Below the pieces are notes generated by a model. That model was not told the DNA's origin and did no database searches. It saw nothing but the letters and a program-made list of their open reading frames with translations. From NCBI RefSeq assembly GCF_037042905.1, contig NC_087250.1, positions 14,882,001-14,946,000 on the forward strand: DNA of 64,000 nucleotides, given 5' to 3'. Within the stretch, counting starts at the first letter, position 1, and each line of letters starts with the position of its first letter. The position numbers were made by a program, and so were the translations under genes. Of this stretch, positions 50,474 to 60,600 are shown piece after piece. The DNA is from Lytechinus pictus (taxonomy: Eukaryota).

Positions 50474-52164
50474 TTAAATAACCGTATAGTGGATTTATAG
50501 CTCCTTTTGGAATAAAACTGTTTTGGATTCAACTCCTTTTGGAACAAAACTCAAATTTGCAATTAATCTTTACTAACCTTTCTAATTTTTGCTTTTCAAA
50601 TGCGATGTTGCATTTGATCCCAACATGATATAAGATATATATATTTGTATCAAAAATCAATTTTGGTCGAAAGTGGATTTAGGCTTTTTAGCTCCTTTTG
50701 GAATCAAGCTCTTCATATAGCAAAATTTTCAAAAAATGTATTGTTTATAGTTTTTCAAAATTAAATTAAGTGTATGAAATTTGCCCTATTTTTTTTGTGT
50801 GTAAGGTTTTGCATTTAACTCACTTTTTTATAGCTAGTAGGTCAAATGACATTACGTACGAGCCCATGCAATGGCTTAATTATATTGTATTTATTTCAAA
50901 ATATCTTTCGACCATTATATTATTCTTTATATAACAAATATATATTTAATACAGCATAATAAAGAAAAAAAAATGAAGGAAAGAAAGAAGAAAAATAAGA
51001 AAAGGAGGGAGAGAGGGAAATATAAAGAAGGAATGAAACAAAAAGTTAAAAAAAAATTAAGAAAATTGAAAAGGACACATAAATGGAAAGAAAGACTAAA
51101 AAAGGAGAGCGAAGCATTTATTTTTTCTTAATTATATCATATTTATTTCAAAATATCTTTCAACCATAATATAATTCTACATATAACATAAATATTTAAA
51201 TACAACATAATGAAAAAAGAAAATGAAGGAAAGAAAAAAATAAGAGGGAGATAAAGAAAAAAATAAGAGGGAGATAAAGAAAGAGGGAAGGAAACAAAAA
51301 GTAAAGAATTTTTAAGATTGAAATGAAAATATGAAATGGACAAATATTATGGAAAGACAAAAAAAGAAAGAAAGAAACAATGGAAGGAAAATAAAAAAGA
51401 AAGAACAAAGAAACAAGAAAGGAAATATCAGGAAACACAAGTGTTTAATTTGACATTGCGGCTCTTGAATTAAAATTTATGCAATTTTGATCGAACATTC
51501 TTCGAAGCATGGCAAGGGCAGTTGCCTACATAGACTTTACATATATATGAAACGCATTACGGCAGCAATTTTCATAAAGCGACTGACGTGCATCTAGCGT
51601 GCATCAGGCTGTCTTTCGCCGCACTACTACTAAAAAAGTGATTTTCAAGGGCTCGTGCGGAATATCGGTGCATTTTTTATCTGCAAAAATGGAAATTTAT
51701 TCTTCAAATTACAATTTACAGCTTTCCTGGATGGTTTTACAACATCTAACCTTGGTTAGTGGTTTAAGTAAGATGAATTCGTATCTATGGTAGATACAAA
51801 AATATTCCTTTTCTGTTAATTAAAAAAATAGAAAAATGATCAGTGCTAAAAAAACAATCATGTAAATTTAAAAATTGTATTTTATTGTTGTAGGCCTAGG
51901 CCCTAACTGTTAATTGTAAATTTTTAGTTTTTTACCAACAAATTTTTGCTCAATTTTTGCCCAAATTTTACTCTCCATTGGTCACCCGAGTATGGGCAAA
52001 AACGGAGTGAAAATTATTTTGCTATAATGGGCATTTGTGCTGGCTACTAAGTCCAAAATCCCGATTTTTGTGACTACTGCATTACTATCCAACTTTAATA
52101 ACGTGGGATTGAGCGGGTGGGACAAGTGCTAAGGATTATCTCTCACGAGACACGAGTCACTCAC

Positions 52165-52400
52165 GCCGGTGTCTGTTAATCTCAGCATTAGAAACTACAG
52201 GCAGCAGACAGCCTATCGTTACAGCTGTAATTAAAAAAATGTAATAGCATACTTATGATTCGATGAGTTATAAAATTAAAACACTAAATTACACCATTTC
52301 AAGCGGCGATTTCCATAAAATACAAAAAAAATTCCTGGATTCTTACCCCTCCACTCCACACGTCAGTGCTAGTATAGTGTCGCCGAAAAGGCAAAACGAA
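52165..52400 (-). other. WDR4: Candidate non-coding 5' exons of WDR4 (exon ending at 52347; 60-nt exon 52224-52165)
   Basis: Minus-strand donor GTAAG at 52346, acceptor ttttttaattacag at 52225, donor GTGAGTG at 52164. Confidence 0.4.
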
Positions 52401-52675
52401 AAAGAAAGGTTTCTTCATCCCGATCCCCGTCTTATCTCGCATCATCACCCCCCCCCCCCGCATCGTCGTTCAGTGTCATCATCATCACCATCATCATCAT
52501 CACTATCATCATCATCATCAATATCACTATCATCATCATCATCAGCATTCACCTCTCACTCTTTATCCCTTTTTAATCTCTCATTTCCCTACTCATCATC
52601 ATTCACCTAGCTCTCACTCTTTATCCCCTTTTTAATCTCTCATTTCCCTTCTCTTATTTCTTTCTCTTTCTGTGA

Positions 52676-52772
52676 AAGAGTTCCTTTTGCGGCAGTCAAC
52701 CCTAACCCTTGTATACAACATTTGAAGTTGAACCCATATTCAATGTGGGTTGCTGCCGCAAAAGGAACTCTT
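52676..52772. repeat. Short fold-back element
   Basis: 20-bp perfect inverted repeat aagagttccttttgcggcag / ctgccgcaaaaggaactctt. Confidence 0.75.
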
Positions 52773-53334
52773 CCCCCTTCATTTCCCCCCCCCCCCCATC
52801 TTCTCTCTCTCTCCCTTTCAGATCAGGGAATTTAGTCATAGCACAATAAATCTTACAAAACAAATTTACTTAGGACACAGCATGCCCAAATTATATTAAA
52901 AAATAATATTCACCATGCGTGAAGCCCGACTGATTCATTCTCCGCCAAGATGGTTATCTGGGAGGCGTTTCATTAAAGTTGTCCTTGGTTTTGATTGGCC
53001 GAGAGGCACTGGCCTCTTACCGTTGCTTTGGTAAATGTCTGAGACAGTCAAATTGTCAGTGCTGACAATTTTCATGAAACTGTCCTCTGGTTTGACAGAT
53101 TGATTATTCAAAGGGAGACATTTCATAAAAATTTGGGAAAAGGACAACTTTGCGCTCATATGAATATGAATAGCCAGTCCCCATATTGCTGGGCTTTGTT
53201 GTGCCACGTACGTACCCATGTCTGAACGAAAGGGGTATTACTATAATTCAGGCTTAAAATCACACGTAAATCAAGGTCATGAAGCCATTGCATTGCATTG
53301 TGAATTTTGTGCAATATTTCGTGAAAATAGTTAA

Positions 53335-54686
53335 AGGACAAGTCCATCCCAACAGAAAATTGATTTGAATATAAAGAGAAAAATCCAACAAGAATAACAC
53401 TGAAAATTTCATCAAAATCGGATGTAAATTAAGAAAGTTATGACATTTTAACCCTAAAATGGCCGGGGGGGGGTTGAATCAACCCCCCCCTCTACATTTT
53501 CTGCGATCATTTCGCCGCGCGAAATTTTTTGACCGCGCCACTCGCAGAGTTTATACTTTTAAGTCTCGCGCATCTTTTGAGACAAAATTTACGACGCCCG
53601 GGTACGCGGTTCCGAAATTACGCAACATTTTGTAAGTGCATGTCAGACCAAAAATTGTTCCAAAACGTGATTTTGTGTACAAAGTCAATGCAAATTGAGT
53701 TTTCTCATCTTATTCATAAAGATATGATTATGTTTACTTTAAACAGCTGAAAGCAATTGATTTTAGCATAATTATGCTTCAAAAAGGTTGTGCAATAAAT
53801 CTGGTGAAAAAAACAAAGAAAAACAAAAGGTTGAAAAACAAAGAAATACATAAGAAATTCATAAAACAATAAAATACATAAGAAATTGATTTCCAAACCG
53901 AAGTTTTTTTCAATTGCCATTGTTAAGAATGCTACAAAGAATATTTTTACCAAAAATTAGCATTCTAGGAGCTTTATTTAGTGAATTAGAGCAAAAAGTA
54001 TGATTTATGCATTAATTAGCATAATTAATTCATATAAAATAAAATCTCATTATTTTGGAAAATTTTACCATACAGCCTTGTAGATTACATCGCACACTAC
54101 CAGCGTGCAAATTTTTGCGGCGCTCGACGGCCGAGATCTCAGGGGGGGGTTGAATCAACCCCCCCCCAGCCACAGAACAGCAAAAAAAGCCCGGCCTAGT
54201 TAGGGTTAAAGTTTCGCTTAATTTCACAAAACAGATATATGCACATCCTGGTTGGTATGCAAATTAGGAGACTGATGACGTCATCCACTCACTATTTCTT
54301 TTGTATTTTATTATATAAAATATGAAATATTCTGATTTTCTCCTCATTGTCAAGTGAAACAGTGATTAATTCCTCCCTGAACATGTGGAATAAGCATTGT
54401 TTAATACTATATGATTCAGTCAAGTTGGTCCCTATGGTCAAATCTGTAAAAAAATGAAATATTGTATAATTCAAACAATAAAAAACAAAAGAAATAGTGA
54501 GTGATGGACATCATCGACTGAGTCATTTGCATCGTGCATATCACTGTTTTGTGAAAAATAAGCGAAACTTTAAAATGCCATAACTTTCTTATTTTACATC
54601 CGATTTTGATGAAATTTTCAGTGTTATGCTAGTTTGATTTTTCTCTATTTATTCAAATCAGCATTTTGCTGGGGTGGACTTGACCT
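53335..54686. mobile_element. Kolobok/T2-like MITE (TTAA|AGG...CCT|TTAA) with a nested piggyBac-like MITE (53452-54205)
   Basis: Outer TIR aggacaagtcca.ccc / ggggtggacttgacct; inner element between TTAA 53448-53451 and 54206-54209. Confidence 0.85.
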
Positions 54687-56419
54687 TTAATGCATGTGTA
54701 TTAGGTAAGCTGATGACCTGTATAAGATCCTCTTGATTTGTTTATATCTTTGAAACACATATTACTTGAGTCTGTTCATAAAAAATACCTCACACAGACC
54801 ATCTTCTCATCTCACTTTGATGGTTCTTATACACGGTTTATTTTCAATTTTTCCAATTACCAACTCGTCTACTATCATTTGGTCTACCGTCATTTCGTCC
54901 ACTCACCATTTTGTCTAATAACCAGTTGGTCCAATAGCCATTTAGTCCATATACCATTTCGTCTAATTGGACTAAGTGTTAATTGGGCGAAATGATTGAA
55001 AATAAAATGTATATTAGACAAACTGATGATTAGACGAATGGTTATATATTGGACCAAATGGTTGTTAGATGAAATGTTGATGGACGTAATGGCACTAGAC
55101 TAAATGAAGGTAGACCATATGGTGAGTGGACGAGATGGAATTAGACGAATCAGCAATTTACCCTTATACACAGGTTCAATGTAATGAACAAATGAAAACA
55201 AATGCTGTTGATAAGAAAAGTGGTTTATTTACAAATGCAATGTAAAGAATGTTGAGATGCTATTTTACATTGCCTCTGGTGCAGAAAAAAACCATACAAG
55301 TCAGATGTGTCAGATTTAGATAACATCAACAAAAACGAAACAAAAAAATATAAAAATAATAAAAAATGTTCATGCCAAAAGAAATTGATCCACCATTCCC
55401 CCCCACCCGGGGTTCCCTTTTAGCTTTCATTATACATCGGAGGAATTGAAATGTTGAAAATGTATATTTAAAGATATTCCTTTCACTTTATTTCACTCCA
55501 AGTGATATTTTATGCCAAATATTTTCTTTGTTGAATGAGAAGATCAAACTTATTTAGTTCCTTACATAAGTGACATTTGGAGATATATTTTTTTCATGCA
55601 ATGACCCCCTCAAAAAAAAAATTACCCTACATTGAAAAAAAGAAAAAATCATTTTTGTTTTAACATGACTGAAAGAATCAAGAAAAGGAGTTAGTACACC
55701 TGAAAATGACATTTTTTCTTTTTGCAAGGTCTCATACATTGTACAAAAAATTGCTTATGCTAGTATCAATAGCTTCAAGTCCAAACTGTTAAATCAAATA
55801 CCTTTGGCAAAGCATCAGATATTACATGGATAGTTGATTTTTCTAATGGCGCTATACCAGAAAGTTGAATAAGATTCTTTTGCAACTGAGGCATCAGACA
55901 TATAATCGATAGCAGATTATTTTATTTTCATCACTATCAGAATTTTGCATTAGAATATTTCTGCAAGGCATACATTATATGGATAGTTGATTATTCAAGC
56001 ACCAATAACCCTTTATCAGAAATGTTACACAAGATTATCACTTAATATATCCCAATAAACAAATAATTTTGTTGTTTCGGTGCAAGAACATCCTTACACT
56101 GTAACACCACACTTTGACGAATTGCAAATAGCAGCACGCATAAGCGCAAGGGCGTTTCTGCATCGATGCACAAAAATGTTTTGCCGAAGGCATTCTTGCA
56201 CCGACGCATTGCAAAAAACGCCTTTCGCAGCACGCACAAGGGCATTTGTGCACCGATGCACACATTTTTTTTGCTAAGGGCATTCTTGCACCAACACGAT
56301 TTTGATGTTGATTTCTATACAAACCATGTGATACCTACACTGAGCCGTGATTGGTGGCTGCGATCCTAACAGATGACCAATCAGAGAGCAGGTTTAGGGG
56401 AGCTGTTGAGAGATACGTG

Positions 56420-56449
56420 CCATGAGCAGGAGTGTGCAATGCATCATGG
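56420..56449 (-). promoter_or_regulatory. U1A/SNF-binding-like RNA hairpin (U1 stem-loop II mimic)
   Basis: Minus strand CCAUGA-U-GC [AUUGCACACUCCU] GC-UCAUGG; AUUGCAC at the 5' side of the loop, closed by a C-G pair. Confidence 0.5.
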
Positions 56450-57460
56450 GACACGCAAGGAAAAGCAGGTCAGCTTGATCAAGGTCACAGATCATGTGAC
56501 AAGAACACATATCAGGTGACTTGTGAATATCATGTGACCCAATTATGAATGAATGTCTAAAATATTGTCATAACCATGAATTCATTTGCACCAAGTATAA
56601 AAGATGTATCACATTATAAATCCTTGAATATGACATATCATGCATCTCTATAGGATGCTATCACACTACATTAGTTTTAAAGATGAAATCTATTTCTGGT
56701 TATAAATTTGATTAACCTTTTATGTCTTTGATATTAAATATAAATAAAGGGCTCTGGACCTTCAGTTTTATTTGTGAATGAAAATTTCATCACTTTTGTA
56801 GCACTTAATTATTCAATGGGGCTAAAGTAAGTTAATTGTTATTCCAAACAGTTTATAAAAAAAAGCATTCAACTTGACCTTTTAATATCACTGTTCCCAC
56901 TGATAATATTTGTAGCTAAATCCTATGGCTGCTGGTCTGCGTGAAGCCGGAAAACTGTGCGAGTGTGAACACTCCACATCCAACAAGATAAACATTAGGC
57001 ATCCAGTGGTTAATTTATAGAGCTTGCAGGAGCCAATGAGGATCATTGGTGCATGTGCACTGGGTTCAAACCACTGACCGGTAACCAATCAGAATTGATG
57101 TTTTATGATAACCAGGATATGTCCAATAGATGTAACATTTGGGATACAGAAATCAATGGCAGAACAAGCAAAAGCCAATCATGATCATCGGTCCATCATG
57201 GGCACCATGCTCAAACCACTGACCAGTAACCAATGAGAATTGTTTCATGTTTGAGATTGATTGCTAATCTTTTGTGTTACAGGCATTGGTCTCACTAGAT
57301 CACTATCTATTGTAGAACATGGGCAAGCGTTCTGTCAGGAATTTTCAATCAAGGGTCATAGTAATCCTGATCTAGTTTACAGTCAGGAAATATTTTAATA
57401 CATTTCGTAAATTCAAAGCAAACAAACATTGAATCTCGGACATAACTGGTCACTAATCTC

Positions 57461-57499
57461 TCCACAGGGGAGTGCAACATTTTGAGTACAATCCATGAA
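57461..57499 (-). promoter_or_regulatory. PIE-like double U1A box in the proximal 3' UTR
   Basis: UUCAUGG AUUGUAC UCAAAAU GUUGCACUCC CCUGUGGA; AUUAAA at 57399-57394. Confidence 0.5.
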
Positions 57500-57515
57500 C
57501 GAAAACCTAGAGGAA

Positions 57516-57675
57516 CTATTTTTTGGCGAATGCAATTTTTAGAGTGTTTGTCGGCGTGATTTTAAATCCTTGGAGGGCATCCTTTGCTGTTCCCGACTGT
57601 TGTTCGTTAGCGAATTCCACAAAGGCGATGTCGTGTCTCCCTGGGACGAGACGGACTTCCTTGTATCCATTGAAT
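57516..57675 (-). CDS. SNRPA: U1A/SNF terminal coding exon
   Basis: [52 protein letters not shown]. Confidence 0.95.
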
Positions 57676-60600
57676 CTGTAAAAAAAGAAAGACAAAATGT
57701 AGGGTGGTAAAAAAGGACAGCACACTATGTCATATGGCTGTTTTAATTGAATTGATTAATTGTCATGCACATAACAAAAGTTGCAAAAAAATCATCTTCT
57801 GGCTCACATTTCATAATACAAACAATCACATACAAAGAATGTAAATTAAAGAACATAACACTACACATTTTATATTTCTGCTGAGGGCCGTTGGCCCCAA
57901 GAGTGAAACTAAATTAAACATTTATTAAGTTAGACATGATGTTTTTACACTGACTGGTTACCCGTTTTGATTAGCTACGTAAAACTGAAATCCGATCATC
58001 ACAGAATCAAAATGGTCACTTTTATAGGACAACTCCACCCCACAGTGGAGACACAACATATGATCATTTTCACAAATACCGGTAAGTCTTTTTTCTACAG
58101 AAGTGCCCACTCAGGGTTCCCAGCTTTTCAAGAAAACAAAATTCCCTGATTTTTCCCTGACTGGAAAAAATTAAAATAATTTTTCCTAATGCGCTGGGAA
58201 CCCTGACACTAATGTTACAATTACACAGACAAAAATGACTCCAGACTGACAAAAGCTATGTTATTTAACCAATAAGACCCCCCCCCCTCCCCCCACAGGA
58301 AGAAGATTTCACTTCAATAGGGTGGGGCATTAGGAGAACATGCCCCTACCCATCTACATCTCTATATGGCACCACCTAGATAATTATGTCAAACATTTCA
58401 CTTTCTTGCTGACGACACAATACACGATCACTTTCACAAACAAGTCGTTTTTGTACAGAAACGGTCACACAGACGGAAATGACTCAAGGCTGACATAAGC
58501 TATTAAAGATAAATTCCAGTTTTGGTAACGATCTCAAAATGACTTTTTACAGAATCTAATAAAATGACCACCCAAGTGTCTGTTTGTATGAATAAAAAAT
58601 ATGTGCCAAAGCATTCTGGAAGAAATTGTGTAATTGCTGAGAAATAAGCAAAATAAGCGCGGATTCTGTCACTTCCGTCGGGTCTTTATTTCAGCAATAA
58701 CAATACACTGTCCCACGTGTGCCTATCTGTGTTGGCGATCTTCAGTGTGAACATTTTCAGCGTAGATTTCAAGATTTCACAAAGTTCAGTTTATGTAACT
58801 GTACCAGATCTAGATCCTCGATGATATACTGACATTTAAGCCTGGTTTTACAGACTTTCTCATGAAATCGGTGTTTACTGCAACTACTCGCATTTCTCTT
58901 TGAATTATAACAAAATACAGACTACCAGTCAGTTTGGAGTCTGTTTCGTTGGTGAGACTGCAGCATTAGATAGTGATGTTTTTTTTACTTACTGCTTGAA
59001 TAAAACCTCCAACATGAGCTCATTGGTTTCTTCCGGTAAATTCGTAAGGAAGAGGATGTTATTAGGCTCATCAGGAACAACTGTGAAATAAAACAAGAAT
59101 ACATGTTATAAAATGGTGTTGTGGAACCAGGGAATAATCTGAATAAGCTTTACTAATTTTGTTATTATTTTTCCTATTTACAATGCCTATACTTTGAAAA
59201 ATATTTTATCATCATGAGAATCAGCATCTGCTTTACTTTATTTTTTATTATTAAAGGAGAATGAAACCCTTGAAACCAGCTGAATCCATATAAAAGAGAA
59301 AAATCAAAGAAACATATTGTTGAAAGTTTGAGGAAGATTTAATGAAAAATAAGAAAGTTATGAGCATTTGAATATTGAGATCACTAATGCCATGTAGATC
59401 CTCCCATTGGCAATGCGACCAAGATCTGTGATGTCACACACGTACAACTCCCTCATTACTTTAGTACTTATTTCACTTATATTCTCACTTTTATAGAGTC
59501 TATCACAAGGTGAGGTGTTCTCTTTATGAGAGGACAAGTACAGAGGTTTCACAACATTATATCATTGATGAATCGTTTGTCATATGATTAGAATGAGCAA
59601 AAAGAGATGTTTTGGGGTATATATTCAGTGTCCAAAACTGGACAACTCTCCCCTTTTGGACACTGAAAATGTACCCCAAAACATCTCTTTTTGCTCATTC
59701 TAATCATATGACAAACGATTCATCAATGATATAATGTTGTGAAACCTCTGTACTTGTCCTCTCATAAAGAGAACACCTCACCTTGTGATAGACTCTATAA
59801 AAGTGAGAATATAAGTGAAATAAGTACTAAAGTAATGAGGGAGTTGTACGTACGTGTGTGACATCACAGATCTTGGTCGCATTGCCAATGGGAGGATCTA
59901 CATGGCATTAGTGATCTCAATTTTCAAATGCTCATAACTTTCTTATTATTCATTCAATCTTCCTCAAACTTTCAACAATATGTTTCTTTGATTTTTCTCT
60001 TTGATATGGATTCAGCTGGTTTCAAGGGTTTCATTCTCCTTTAATTTTCCTCAAGTCACTATTCATATAAAATACTTGTCCTTACTTGTTTTGTTGTCTC
60101 AAACACGCTATTTACATTACATGTTGTAATTGACTTTTCGTACCAAAAGTCAATTGAAAGTGTTGATCTCTGTTGGGATAAAAATCAATGAATGATTTGA
60201 ATTGAGACTAACCTGGTGCCGGTGCAGGTGGGGCTTGTATCGGCGGTTGCCCCAGCATGGGCATGTCACCCAGCAGGGGTGGAGGCTGGTTGACTGGGGG
60301 AGCTCCAGGCATGGGGATCTGTGACGGAGGGGGGATGATGACGTCTGCGTGTCTGTTCTGCCTGTTCTTCCTTCCCTTCACTGGCTCTGTTATGGAAATC
60401 AATACACGGTTGTGAAAAAAAAACATTGAAGGAGAATGAAACTCTTGGAGCAAGTTAGCTTTTGTGAAAGCAGAAAAATCAAAGAATAAGATCAACAAAA
60501 GTTTGAGTAAAATAGGACTAGCAATAGAAGAGTTATGAGCATTTGAATGTCGAGATCACTAATGCTATGGAGATCCTCCCATTGGCAATGCGACCAAGAT

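Noticed and set aside
52697..52712. caaccctaaccc resembling a telomerase template or telomeric seed
   Set aside because: Under two repeat units, inside a small fold-back element; no other telomerase RNA features seen.
56939..56950. gcgtgaagccgg resembling part of U3 snoRNA
   Set aside because: Short isolated match without the other U3 boxes.
59358..59552. Duplicated 64-aa ORF (also 60717-60911) and 61-79-aa ORFs at 42259 and 53714
   Set aside because: Chance ORFs inside repeated MITE copies.
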